The notes beneath the pieces were generated by a model. That model had not been told where the DNA came from. It made no database searches and saw only the letters and a list, made by a program, of their open reading frames with translations. DNA of 61,544 bases, counting the filler, from Asterionella formosa (Eukaryota): NCBI GenBank assembly GCA_002256025.1. It is 5 parts of 5 records of this genome, joined end to end, with 100 filler letters (N's around TTAATTAATTAA, not from the genome) between each part and the next. Parts side by side here need not be neighbours in the genome. Positions count along the whole stretch, not along the records: positions 12,349 to 24,596 come from NKIB01007691.1; positions 24,697 to 36,919 come from NKIB01007702.1; 3 more parts are not named here. One strand, given 5' to 3'. The translations under genes and the position numbers were made by a program. Positions within the stretch are counted from its first letter, which is position 1. Every line of letters begins with the position of its first letter. This document shows, one piece after another, positions 23,587 through 34,528 of the stretch.

Positions 23587-24596
23587 TCACTCTTCAACGG
23601 CGACAGCCTCATCCACTTTTTCAACATCAACCTCCTCGGCAGCAGCAACTCGCTCCTCCGAGGTGCCAATATAAACCTCATCAGGTTGGTACCCAGCGAT
23701 TTGCTTGTGGACCAAAGCTAATAACCAAGCACCAGAGCACAGACCAGTGGCTTCAAGGAGAAGGCACAATCTAATAATCAGGTATATGAGAGGATTGGAA
23801 AGGAAGGCAAGTGGAAATGAAGATGCAATAATACGCCATGCCAAAGACCCAACAATGGTCGTGATAATGGCTCCCATGAGGCCAGTGTTGAAAAAGTTCT
23901 GGAGCCCATCAGATACGCCAAAAATGTTGTTCTCGCCAGTTGTGTAGTCAAGAGACGTGATGCGCGCAACAACGAACATGCAAACAGTGACACAGATTTG
24001 GCGACCAACCAAGAAAGCTTGCAAGTTTTGCCCAGTGAAAGTCAACTCGCAACTCTTGTGGGCCATGGTGTGCTTCTTCAGTTCTTCCTCGGGCATGTTG
24101 ATAACGGCGAAAAGGGCAATTTGCATACCCTCCATCATACCGACAAAGCCCATGAGGACAAACAAGAGGATCACGGAGACATATGGTGGGATTGCTCCCC
24201 ACATCTTTGTTTTTCCAGCAAACAAGGCTGTCAAGGTGACAGCAAATGCAAATCCAAGGACTGTAACAGACAACACGACACGGGCCCAAAAGAAAACATT
24301 CTGGCCAGCATTACGAGAGGGCTCCTTCGAGTCGATAGGAGTCTTGGTGATCTTGGAGAAGAAGATTTGAACAAGATATACCGAATGCAGAAGGCCAGAG
24401 AATTCAATTCCAAGGGACACATAAGTAGTGAAGAGCATGAAGTATGAATTGATAAAATCAAGCAAACAATTGGCGGCGTTGATCTGAGCAGTGAGCTGTC
24501 CAATCATAATGGTAGACAAAATCATTGCAATGCCGTTCGTAAGGAATACGTCGTTCAATGTAGAGCTCAATCCAAGCACAGTTGCGTCGGCAATGG
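23587..24596 (-). CDS. SIT: Silicon (silicic acid) transporter, 5'-truncated by scaffold end
   Basis: GQLTAQINAANCLLDFIN, IEFSGLLHSVYL, MMEGMQIALFAV (EGXQ), FLVGRQICV (GRQ), GSLAWRIIASSFPLAFLSNP, DEVYIGT. Frame is open to the gap. Confidence 0.95.
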
Positions 24597-24696
24597 NNNN
24601 NNNNNNNNNNNNNNNNNNNNNNNNNNNNNNNNNNNNNNNNTTAATTAATTAANNNNNNNNNNNNNNNNNNNNNNNNNNNNNNNNNNNNNNNNNNNN
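24597..24696. other. Artificial scaffold-joining spacer
   Basis: 100 nt of N with TTAATTAATTAA at 24641-24652. Confidence 0.95.
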
Positions 24697-25155
24697 GGGG
24701 GAGTACTCGACTTTGCAGGACCTCGTGGGTTCGTTCAAGAAACTTCCGGTACGAGTGGTACCTGTGCCTTCCAAACCTTGGCCGAACGCAAGGATAAATG
24801 AAGGCAGTCTCAAACCTCGGTTGTGCCTTGAACAGTGCCTTACCTCCGTCAGTATTTCTGGTATAGCTGTAGCCTTGGCTGTTCGTCGTTGTGTTGGATC
24901 CAAAATATTTATTACCAGCCACCTCTGGTCCTTCCAGAGGCTATCTTACAATTCTGCATTCCTCTACCACTACCACGAACTTACATACCGGTACCGGTAA
25001 TCGTTTGTTATTGTGACTTGTTCTCACACATCTATATAACTGGTAGCAAGTCTGCTCTACATCGTACGACTGGCAAATCAGGTGATCCTCCCTGCGACCA
25101 GCGGTAGTCTACAAATAGCCAGCCTCCTTGTCATCGTCAGAGATCTGAGCGAAAA

Positions 25156-26676
25156 ATGACAACGAACATGATTCTTGTGACGCGCCGTCCAGTCCATCAG
25201 TGGGCTTCGAGAACCACAGCGCGAATGGCTATAGCATTAGCCCCATCCGTTTCTTCGGCCGCTCGATTCTACACGGCCACCCCGTGCCTCGAGAAGGATT
25301 ATCCCCCCCACACTGTTTTTCCAATGCCTGCCCTCAGCCCCACCATGGAGACTGGCACTATCGCCAGTTGGGCCATTGGAGTGGGAGATTCCTTCACGGC
25401 AGGTGACGCCATTTGCAGCATTGAAACTGACAAGGCCTCCATGGATTTTGAAGCGCAGGACGATGGCATCTTGGCGAAAATTTTGGTGCAAGGTGTAGAT
25501 GCTGTTGATTTGCCTGTGGGCACTCCCATTTGTGTTGTGGTGGACGATGCTGCTGACATTCCTGCATTTCAGGACTTTGTCGGAGCTCTTGTACCAACCT
25601 CGGTCCCGTCGTTAGCCGCCACGCCGTTGGCTGCTACACCTGCGTCAATTGCTCCTCCGGGACGCACGGTGGCTCATGAATTTGTCCTGCTGCCGTCAGC
25701 CCGACACTTATCACAATCCAAGGGATTGGATGCCACAGGATTGACTGGAACCGCCAAGGGTGGACGTGTCACCAAGGGTGATGTATTGGCAGCCATTGCC
25801 AATGGAACCCTCATGCCACCTCTTGCTGCCAGTTCTGCAAAAGGAGTTTCGGCAACTCCTACTGCTGCCACAATCACAAAGGATCCTGTGACACCTATGC
25901 AGCAGCCTCATCCAGTCGCCCTGGCAACTATCGCGGAGCTGGTACCTCCACAAGCATGCACCCTAGGAGGATTTGAAGATACCAAAAACAGCAAAATGCG
26001 CACAATCATCGCTAGTCGGTTGACTCAGTCCAAAAGAGAAGTTCCACATTTTTACACCTCGGTCGAAGTGGAATTGGACAATATTCTGGCCCTTCGAAAG
26101 ACACTTGTCAAGAAGCACGATATTAAGGTCTCTGTCAATGACATGATTATCAGATGTTCTGCCATGGCTCTCCGTGATGTTCCAGAAGTCAATGCATCCT
26201 ACAACCCAAAGACAAAGGCAGTTGAACGTCAACACTCCATTGATATCAGCGTCGCAGTTGCTACTCCCACTGGACTGATTACCCCTATTGTACCTCATAC
26301 CGACAAGTTGGGATTGTCGGATATTGCAGATGTTGTTAAAGATTTGGCAGGACGTGCTCGAGACGGAAAGTTACAGCCTCATGAGTACCAAGGTGGTACC
26401 TTTTGCATTAGCAATCTGGGGATGTTTGGCATCGATGAGTTTAGCGCCGTGATTAATCCACCTCAGGCGGCAATTTTAGCCGTTGGTGGTGGATCGCCTC
26501 GTATTGTACCGACACCATACATCGATGGGGCAGAACATCAGGTCAAGCCTAGTATCAAGACAGTCATGACGGCTCGCTTGAGTGCAGATCGTCGTGTTGT
26601 GGATGAAGCGACTGCAGCACTCTTTTTATCCTCATTCAAGCACTATATGACAAAGCCTGAGCTTCTAATGTTGTAA
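25156..26676 (+). CDS. PDHX: Mitochondrial pyruvate dehydrogenase E2-like protein, probably E3-binding protein (PDHX)
   Basis: Transit peptide; lipoyl domain MPALSPTM...IETDKA; PSBD GTAKGGRVTKGDV; catalytic-domain fold with DRRVVDE in place of DHRVVDG. Confidence 0.8.
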   Translation: MTTNMILVTRRPVHQWASRTTARMAIALAPSVSSAARFYTATPCLEKDYPPHTVFPMPALSPTMETGTIASWAIGVGDSFTAGDAICSIETDKASMDFEAQDDGILAKILVQGVDAVDLPVGTPICVVVDDAADIPAFQDFVGALVPTSVPSLAATPLAATPASIAPPGRTVAHEFVLLPSARHLSQSKGLDATGLTGTAKGGRVTKGDVLAAIANGTLMPPLAASSAKGVSATPTAATITKDPVTPMQQPHPVALATIAELVPPQACTLGGFEDTKNSKMRTIIASRLTQSKREVPHFYTSVEVELDNILALRKTLVKKHDIKVSVNDMIIRCSAMALRDVPEVNASYNPKTKAVERQHSIDISVAVATPTGLITPIVPHTDKLGLSDIADVVKDLAGRARDGKLQPHEYQGGTFCISNLGMFGIDEFSAVINPPQAAILAVGGGSPRIVPTPYIDGAEHQVKPSIKTVMTARLSADRRVVDEATAALFLSSFKHYMTKPELLML

Positions 26677-26737
26677 AGAAAAAGAATTTTTTAAGCGCCT
26701 AGTACAAGTGATCGACTTCGATTTTCACTATTAATAG

Positions 26738-29700
26738 CTATGCTCCAAAATTGTATCGACCTTCACTCCTTGCAGCAAGACACAATCCTTCTTCTGAAGA
26801 AAAGGGACTGTCTGGGTTGATTGGAACATGACTCTGTAGGAACCCTTCAGATTTACGGAAACTCCAACCAGAGTAAGGGGAACTGCAGTCTGTACTCAAA
26901 TAGACTTGTGTTCGAAGCTGGCTGGAATCAACAGAGGAAGTTGTCAGGCAAAGCCAGCCTGCCTCTAGTGGGCTAATGCGAGAATCAAGAAACGACCACA
27001 CCTGACTCCACTTCTCCTCGATGCATTTGCCAAGCGAGACTTCATGTAGGGTGGCATCGTGTTGCAGACACATTCCAGATGCAATATGCTGGATCCGTCC
27101 TTGATCATCTAAAACAGTTACCCACTCCCATTGCTTATAAGCCAACAAGAATGGTTCGGTATGTCGCACAATATCACTAATGCCTTCCACACAAGCATCG
27201 ACAGTAACCCCCTGATCATCTACCCAAGGGCTTGGAAACGATGATATTAGTTTCTCTCCCTTTCCTTTGATTTCAACATTTACTTTTAGTGTTTCGCCAT
27301 ATCCTCGAGTAAATGTGACAAGGTACATGCCTGAACGAAACAAACGATCGCCGGCTTCATTTACAGATGCAATCGTGTTTGCGTCAACCGGTAAATGAAA
27401 ATGGAGCATGACACTCGCGCCTGGATCAAGGACTGCGGATTGAAACCCAAAGAGTTGCCTCTTCAGCTGGCTATCAACTTCTATTGATGGTGACCAGTAC
27501 GCCTGGACCACTTCTTTCCCACTCCTACTTCCAGTATTGGTTACTTTGACATGAAAGGCCACCTTTGGGAGTTGCGTCTCTACATGATCAAGATCAATGA
27601 CTATAGCTGTGGGATGTGCGTGGGGCCAAGAAATGGAAAATGTGGTGTAGGAAAGTCCAAAACCGAAAGGAAACAAAGGCGTACCATTGTAAAACATATG
27701 CGAACGCCCCTCGCCTTGGCCACTGGGGCGGATTCGCGAGTCCATCCAAGGCGTACCTCTCATCGGACTAGAAGTTGCATATGTTGATGGATACATCGTC
27801 GTACTCAGCTTACCAGAAGGATTCACACGGCCGAAAATCACCTCAGCGATGGCGCGGCCACCATATGGACCAGGAAATCCCACCTGCAAAACAGCGACTT
27901 TCTCGATCCCTTTGAGATCATCAATTGAATATGTCCCTCCACCAATGATGAAAACCACAATAGGCTTCCCAAGCTCGCAAACATTTTTGAACAAGGCGAG
28001 TTGAGAGCCAGGGAGTTGGAGAAAGCCTCGGTCGATCCCTTCGCGTTCATGGCAAGTCCCCCCAAGACCAAGGATAATGACATCCGCAAACTGAGCTTGA
28101 TGAATAACCCATGGTATGTCACTTTCGTCCTCTGTGCAACCGTCTGGTACACCGCGCATCATGAATCTCACGCTGTTATTCGAAAGCTTGTCTATCCATT
28201 GGGAAGGAGAAGTAATGCATTCACCACCTCCACCATCACAAACGGGTCCATTGTAATTTCCAAGCATATCAACGGTTGCATTGTACATGGGTCCCGCCAC
28301 AAGAATGACTTGGCTTGAGTTTGTTGAAAGCGGCAACACATTTGAGTTCACTCCATTTTGAAGAAGTACAATGCCTTGACGCGATCCTTCTAAAGAGAGC
28401 TCCTTGTGTTTGTCAGTATTGACATGCTCCCAACCAAGATGGCCGTATGGGTCTTGATCAGGTGAATCAAACAAACCCAGTCGAAACAGCGGACGCAAGA
28501 GTCGTCGTACCGAAGTATCAAGTTCCTCTTTTGAAATTAGACCCATTTCCAACGCTTTCCTTCCAAAATCAAAATATATCTTTCCACAATTGCTATCACA
28601 CCCTGCTTTTACTCCATCTTGGACTGCCATTTCCCCGGTCAACGAATATCCATGATATCCAAGACGCATACTATCAATTGCGTCGCAGTCAGACACAACA
28701 AAGCCGTCCCATTTCCATGTGTCTCGTAATACTCGATTTAACAAGAATCCATTCGCACACATAGGTACACCGTTCACGCTCTGATAAGCACACATTACTG
28801 ACTCTGCATCACGTAGGGCTGCTCGAAAGGGAGGCAGATAATACTGCTCCAAATCCTGAAGGGAATATATCGTATCATTCGCATAGCGTAGCACCTGAGT
28901 TCCGTTTCCCCATGGATCTGATCCCTCGCCTTCAAAGAAATGGCCAACAAAGTGCTTAGGTGTCGCGATTGTCTTTAGAATTTCATGGCTTCCTTGCAAT
29001 CCATTCACAAAATCAAGGGCGTACATACTTGTCAAGAAGGGATCTTCTCCTGGCGTCTCCATGTTTCTACCCCACAATGGATTAGATGCCAGGTTAATTT
29101 GAGGTGCATACAAGGTCAATCCTTCCATAACGTGCTGATTATAATACGCCCTAACTTCTGTCGCAATAGCGGATGCAGTCAATTTCCACAAGGACCTATT
29201 CCACGCCTGTGATAGGGCATTGGCTTCAGCAAATTGTGTCGGACAGACCAATCCACAAGTAGCATTTGGAGGATCATGATGAGGCTCCACCCCATGAAGG
29301 GCTTCGTTCCACCAGCGATAATCGCGTGCAACCAAGGGTGTGCCATCGTGATAGTTGCCCGAGACAGATTTCTGGGCCATGGTTTGAATCTTGTCTTGCT
29401 GCGACATGTATGACAGTAAAAACTCAATGCGCTCGTTGATGGAATAGGAAGAATTGCAATATGTTCGATTATAATCGGGGCATAAATTGTGGAAAAGTTT
29501 TGGAATCGCTTCATTGGAATTGCAGGAAATAGCAAATGCTTTATGGCGACAACATTTCGTTTCGTTGGAGTCAGCAACGAGCAGATGCCGATGATCACTC
29601 GAGGTAGTACAGAAACATTCTCCATCATGGAAGATAGCACTGAGGTGGTCCAGCGTGTGACAGTTGAGAGCACAAGATCCTTGATCATGGTTCCCTGGTA

Positions 29701-29830
29701 CACGGTGAAGCTCACTTGGTATCAGTGGCTCAATACAGCCGACTTGCTCGGCAAAATGGCATTTGGTGATGGTCGTTGACTCTGATGCGCCCAATATCAC
29801 CAGCGCCACTAGCAGCACCTTCTCCTTCAT
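26738..29830 (-). CDS. Secreted GH3 beta-xylosidase/arabinofuranosidase with N-terminal Cys-rich (WSC-like), FnIII-like and C-terminal ricin-like modules
   Basis: Signal peptide; WWNEALHGV, WGRNMETPGEDP, KHF, VMCAYQSVNGVP, VVSDCDAI (nucleophile D), VNPSGKL, FPFGFGLSYTTF, GKEVVQAY. Confidence 0.9.
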   Translation of the reverse strand: MKEKVLLVALVILGASESTTITKCHFAEQVGCIEPLIPSELHRVPGNHDQGSCALNCHTLDHLSAIFHDGECFCTTSSDHRHLLVADSNETKCCRHKAFAISCNSNEAIPKLFHNLCPDYNRTYCNSSYSINERIEFLLSYMSQQDKIQTMAQKSVSGNYHDGTPLVARDYRWWNEALHGVEPHHDPPNATCGLVCPTQFAEANALSQAWNRSLWKLTASAIATEVRAYYNQHVMEGLTLYAPQINLASNPLWGRNMETPGEDPFLTSMYALDFVNGLQGSHEILKTIATPKHFVGHFFEGEGSDPWGNGTQVLRYANDTIYSLQDLEQYYLPPFRAALRDAESVMCAYQSVNGVPMCANGFLLNRVLRDTWKWDGFVVSDCDAIDSMRLGYHGYSLTGEMAVQDGVKAGCDSNCGKIYFDFGRKALEMGLISKEELDTSVRRLLRPLFRLGLFDSPDQDPYGHLGWEHVNTDKHKELSLEGSRQGIVLLQNGVNSNVLPLSTNSSQVILVAGPMYNATVDMLGNYNGPVCDGGGGECITSPSQWIDKLSNNSVRFMMRGVPDGCTEDESDIPWVIHQAQFADVIILGLGGTCHEREGIDRGFLQLPGSQLALFKNVCELGKPIVVFIIGGGTYSIDDLKGIEKVAVLQVGFPGPYGGRAIAEVIFGRVNPSGKLSTTMYPSTYATSSPMRGTPWMDSRIRPSGQGEGRSHMFYNGTPLFPFGFGLSYTTFSISWPHAHPTAIVIDLDHVETQLPKVAFHVKVTNTGSRSGKEVVQAYWSPSIEVDSQLKRQLFGFQSAVLDPGASVMLHFHLPVDANTIASVNEAGDRLFRSGMYLVTFTRGYGETLKVNVEIKGKGEKLISSFPSPWVDDQGVTVDACVEGISDIVRHTEPFLLAYKQWEWVTVLDDQGRIQHIASGMCLQHDATLHEVSLGKCIEEKWSQVWSFLDSRISPLEAGWLCLTTSSVDSSQLRTQVYLSTDCSSPYSGWSFRKSEGFLQSHVPINPDSPFSSEEGLCLAARSEGRYNFGA

Positions 29831-29946
29831 GCTCCAGGTAGGAAAAGAGACTGAACACTTTTGAAAGGCACATCACATCTTGATATTGTGGCATCAGCGA
29901 ACCTTGATGTGGTATCCGTGTGTGTTGTCAACTTTCGAGAATTTCC

Positions 29947-30382
29947 NNNNNNNNNNNNNNNNNNNNNNNNNNNNNNNNNNNNNNNNNNNNNNNNNNNNNN
30001 NNNNNNNNNNNNNNNNNNNNNNNNNNNNNNNNNNNNNNNNNNNNNNNNNNNNNNNNNNNNNNNNNNNNNNNNNNNNNNNNNNNNNNNNNNNNNNNNNNNN
30101 NNNNNNNNNNNNNNNNNNNNNNNNNNNNNNNNNNNNNNNNNNNNNNNNNNNNNNNNNNNNNNNNNNNNNNNNNNNNNNNNNNNNNNNNNNNNNNNNNNNN
30201 NNNNNNNNNNNNNNNNNNNNNNNNNNNNNNNNNNNNNNNNNNNNNNNNNNNNNNNNNNNNNNNNNNNNNNNNNNNNNNNNNNNNNNNNNNNNNNNNNNNN
30301 NNNNNNNNNNNNNNNNNNNNNNNNNNNNNNNNNNNNNNNNNNNNNNNNNNNNNNNNNNNNNNNNNNNNNNNNNNNNNNNNNN
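29947..30382. other. Intra-scaffold sequence gap
   Basis: Run of N without the linker. Confidence 0.95.
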
Positions 30383-30712
30383 AAATCTCCATTATGGAAG
30401 AGTGTGCTACGGCAGTACCCTTTGCTTTCGTCTCTCCCTCCCTCTAATTTCTCTTTTGTAGGTATGTATCGATGAAAGAAGGACTCAAAAGGATGATTCG
30501 GAGCACCTAGTTGTCCATGACTGTACCTGGTTTGAAACGACGGAGCCAATAGCGTCGAGTCGTGCTCTGCCCGGGGCTGTCATTCCATAGATTTGTTGCG
30601 ATTACATGGTATTCCAGTAGTGGTCAGTGTCTTTATTTTGTGTGCTCACCCGCACCGTTGCAACATTGATAGATTTATTCGTGCTGATTCTCGTCCCTGT
30701 GTGTCAATAATC

Positions 30713-31711
30713 ATGGCTCTTTCCATCCCTGCGGACCTCAAAAAGATTACTCCGTACATCCGAAGGGCAGAAGAACTTGACAAGGACAAGGCAAATGCAG
30801 AATCCAGATTGGTGGCGTATTATTGCCGACAATTCGCAGTACACACTGGAATACCATTGGCATCTACTTCCTCGGCATGCAAAGAATGTCTCGGTACCAT
30901 TTTGAATGATTTAGAACAGGAAAAGGTCGCCATGGGAAACTTTACTCGCGATGAAAGCAAATTTCTCTGTAGGGCTTTTGTCGACAAGATTTTCGAAAAG
31001 GCGGATGCAGAAGATCGAGCGGGAAGGGCCACCAAGACGACCGCCAAGACCTTTTATGCAGCAGCTACATTTTTTGAGATTTTACAGCAATTTTACGAGG
31101 AAGCGGACGACTCGGACGAGCGAGATGACGAACGAAAGAAAACGTTGTACTGCAAATGGAAGGCGACGGACATTTTAAAAGCATTTAAGGAGGGACGGCA
31201 ACCGACTCCAGGGGGATATGGAGAGCAGGAAGAGGAGGAACAGTTAGGGCTACCTGTGGAAACGGGAGACGCTGGATTTCCTGACATTCCACTTGCTCCC
31301 GTGCCAGTCCCAGTGATGGCCCCTCCTCCAATAGAGTCTGTCGACGAGGAAGAAGAAGATGGTACCGAAGTGGAGCTGGGACTGCCGCCGCCGATGTATC
31401 CTGGTCCATCGGATGTCCAGATATTTGTGCCAAAACCACCCATGCCTGTTCAAAAGCCACCAATGCCTACTCTTGCCGCTCGGCCACCGATCAAGACAGT
31501 GGCACCTGTAGTTGCTGAACCAACCAAGAAGAAGGTTGGATTCATGAATAATTTCAAGAAGAAGCCGCCAACAAATAGTGGCAAGGCTACAAAAGAGCAG
31601 ATAGATGATGCTAAGGAATTGACCAAGTTCGCACTGGCGGCTCTTGACAGTAAGGATAGTGATTTGGCAGCGCAAAGATTGCAACAAGCGTTGGAAGCTC
31701 TGGGCCGATAG
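30713..31711 (+). CDS. VTA1: ESCRT/Vps4 cofactor Vta1 (LIP5)
   Basis: N-terminal IPADLKKITPYIRRAEEL...VAYYCR, AKTFYAAATF, YCKWKA; Pro-rich linker; C-terminal VSL domain DAKELTKFALAAL...LQQALE. Confidence 0.9.
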   Translation: MALSIPADLKKITPYIRRAEELDKDKANAESRLVAYYCRQFAVHTGIPLASTSSACKECLGTILNDLEQEKVAMGNFTRDESKFLCRAFVDKIFEKADAEDRAGRATKTTAKTFYAAATFFEILQQFYEEADDSDERDDERKKTLYCKWKATDILKAFKEGRQPTPGGYGEQEEEEQLGLPVETGDAGFPDIPLAPVPVPVMAPPPIESVDEEEEDGTEVELGLPPPMYPGPSDVQIFVPKPPMPVQKPPMPTLAARPPIKTVAPVVAEPTKKKVGFMNNFKKKPPTNSGKATKEQIDDAKELTKFALAALDSKDSDLAAQRLQQALEALGR

Positions 31712-31845
31712 AACTAGAATAGTGAATACCATTGGTTCTTGTTTAGTCTCTAGTAAATTCGCGTCCTGGGAATTTATTTACAGATAATTGGTCCGTATCA
31801 TGGAATGCGACTTGGCCTATGACTTTGACTTCTCGTCTTGAACTT

Positions 31846-32376
31846 TTAATCATCCAAATACGGCATATTGCCACCAAACAACGTGATAGCACGGACTGGA
31901 AAGCCACAAACAACAAAGTCATCAATGTCACCCTTCATTAGACACTTGACTTTCGGCGTATGCTGCTGATGAGTAGTGCGAAATCCTCTCCGGTCTTGCT
32001 TCACATTTGTCCAATCTCCGCAATTCATTCCATCCACGCTCATTGAAGTACCGCAGTCAGAAAGCGAACTCACGCTCTGTGAGTCATCTCCATAATTTGT
32101 TTCGGACCAATACACCCACGATTGTGGTGGACTGCAGCCCTTATCTTGCGACTGGGTAGATAAATCGAACTCTGCCACGGCGACCGGACTTCTTATGCTG
32201 CGTTGATGGGTTGACAGGATTGTGACTGGGGTAACATCAACATCCAATGGTTGACGCTCCAATCTACCGTTAGTTCCAGACATTGGGTGAGAGTTTGGCG
32301 ATTCCAGCTGCTTTTCGGATCGTTTAACCTCGTTGTTCGCCATGAATTGGGATGCGGCTTTGGATTTCCAAGGCAA
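31846..32376 (-). CDS. Hypothetical protein
   Basis: 176 aa ATG-initiated Ser-rich ORF convergent with VTA1; no recognisable motif. Confidence 0.4.
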   Translation of the reverse strand: MPWKSKAASQFMANNEVKRSEKQLESPNSHPMSGTNGRLERQPLDVDVTPVTILSTHQRSIRSPVAVAEFDLSTQSQDKGCSPPQSWVYWSETNYGDDSQSVSSLSDCGTSMSVDGMNCGDWTNVKQDRRGFRTTHQQHTPKVKCLMKGDIDDFVVCGFPVRAITLFGGNMPYLDD

Positions 32377-32626
32377 GCGAAGCCTGTGACGAAGAGGAAA
32401 GGGTCAGTGCATTGCATGCAACAAAAGGGATCCATCAATATACCAGATCAATGCGACGTACCTGCTCTCATTTCCTCGAATCATTCAAATTTCGTAAAGT
32501 TGAGTGAATACAAGTGTAGGCGAAGTGTCTCTGCCTTCTGCTTGCCAATTGCAAGCGAAAGGTGCACTGTCAGAAAATGATGCAACGTGATGTAGCGGTA
32601 TTTGCCTATTTCCCTACCGGGTACTT

Positions 32627-33159
32627 NNNNNNNNNNNNNNNNNNNNNNNNNNNNNNNNNNNNNNNNNNNNNNNNNNNNNNNNNNNNNNNNNNNNNNNNNN
32701 NNNNNNNNNNNNNNNNNNNNNNNNNNNNNNNNNNNNNNNNNNNNNNNNNNNNNNNNNNNNNNNNNNNNNNNNNNNNNNNNNNNNNNNNNNNNNNNNNNNN
32801 NNNNNNNNNNNNNNNNNNNNNNNNNNNNNNNNNNNNNNNNNNNNNNNNNNNNNNNNNNNNNNNNNNNNNNNNNNNNNNNNNNNNNNNNNNNNNNNNNNNN
32901 NNNNNNNNNNNNNNNNNNNNNNNNNNNNNNNNNNNNNNNNNNNNNNNNNNNNNNNNNNNNNNNNNNNNNNNNNNNNNNNNNNNNNNNNNNNNNNNNNNNN
33001 NNNNNNNNNNNNNNNNNNNNNNNNNNNNNNNNNNNNNNNNNNNNNNNNNNNNNNNNNNNNNNNNNNNNNNNNNNNNNNNNNNNNNNNNNNNNNNNNNNNN
33101 NNNNNNNNNNNNNNNNNNNNNNNNNNNNNNNNNNNNNNNNNNNNNNNNNNNNNNNNNNG
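32627..33159. other. Intra-scaffold sequence gap
   Basis: Run of N flanked by GGTAC-rich sequence. Confidence 0.95.
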
Positions 33160-33805
33160 GTACCAGGTACCAGGAACTACAGTTGGTTCGAGATTCATAA
33201 CGAGGTACTGGTACGCTGTCCAGGCACTGTACTAAAGAGTGCGGTACATAAACCTCACATATGTATACATATACATTAAATAAAGGTAAAACCATGCCGG
33301 TCGTTGGCTGAGACGACATCAATCATTTGAATTTCGCTTGAGTGTCAAATGCTTACATCCAATCTCGAGTATATTCATGTTGAGTCTAAGTATGTGATTA
33401 GAACCCATGTCATGTCGAGTTAGCAGGATGCATTCAAATCATGTATGAAAGATTTAGTTAGATACATCCTCCAGATTTCGTAACGGGCCGGTGAAAAATT
33501 TGGCACTCCGATTCACTATCCTGTTAAAATCCGTGTTTCCCGGGAAACCAAACGAAATCGCCAGCCAAAAACGATGGAAAATATGGAGGACTCATATTTT
33601 GATAGCCTTGCTTTCTTTAATTTGGCTCCCTTCGGTTTTCCTCATTCATTGATGCATTGGAATTAATAACAGGGGTTCGTCTTCATGTTATCCAGGACTA
33701 GAGTACTTACCCATTAGGATAAGCCAGATTAGATTCTCAATTATAGTATTGAATTGAGTTTGAGGACTCTCAAATATCCATACACAAAAGGAAGCTTGCT
33801 GTCCG

Positions 33806-34528
33806 TTGAACGCACTGATGGCCCGAGCTCACGTACCCAAGGCGTGCCAAGGTCTGCCACAAAGTGATCCAGTAAGTATATACCAAATAATCTTTGGTTC
33901 GTGTGGCGCTGTCGTGGAATCTGCTTCCTGTTTCATGATGGCAAGACGGGTAAGCCAAGATGACTTGAACCAAGACAACGCAACGGTGCAAAACTTTTGC
34001 AGCAGAACTACTACCCCCAACAATAGGGCTACCCCTCAAATAATCCCAACAAGCAAGTCATCCCAAGAAGTAATGCATTATTTGAAACGGTCTAAGGAAG
34101 TGATGGAAATTCCTGAATACCTAGAACCGGAATTTCTTGAACACAAGGTGAATTGCGACGAGATATCGGCCTTGTCTGCTCTAACGTTGGACGAAATGGC
34201 AAGGAACCCTCGGTCCTGTTTGCCCCGGAACGGCACAAAGCGACGCAAGGTCAAAAGTCGTATGTGTTACTTGCCACCGTCGCCTGCTAGAACAATTGGC
34301 AGCTCGTCGTCTGAAGGAGTTGATAAGTATGATACCTTCGTGGTGCATGACCAATTCTTACTACCACCACCAAAAATCAAGAAAATCACAAGCAGCCTTA
34401 CTCATGATTCTTTATATTTCAGTTCCTCCTGTACCGTGGATTCGACAAATTGCAGCTCCGACAAATTGCAACTAGAAGGGAACCAAAGCATTTTCCGCAT
34501 CGACCTGCGTGGGGAAAACAGAAGATAA
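33806..34528 (+). CDS. Hypothetical protein
   Basis: 240 aa ORF containing DEISALSALTLDEMA; start uncertain (ATG at 33818 or about 33935). Confidence 0.45.
   Translation: MNALMARAHVPKACQGLPQSDPVSIYQIIFGSCGAVVESASCFMMARRVSQDDLNQDNATVQNFCSRTTTPNNRATPQIIPTSKSSQEVMHYLKRSKEVMEIPEYLEPEFLEHKVNCDEISALSALTLDEMARNPRSCLPRNGTKRRKVKSRMCYLPPSPARTIGSSSSEGVDKYDTFVVHDQFLLPPPKIKKITSSLTHDSLYFSSSCTVDSTNCSSDKLQLEGNQSIFRIDLRGENRR

Noticed and set aside
23587..29830. SIT-PDHX-GH3 as a functional gene cluster
   Set aside because: SIT is separated from the others by an artificial spacer and lies on a different scaffold.
29827..33322. Long ORFs containing X runs
   Set aside because: Artefacts of translating through N gaps.
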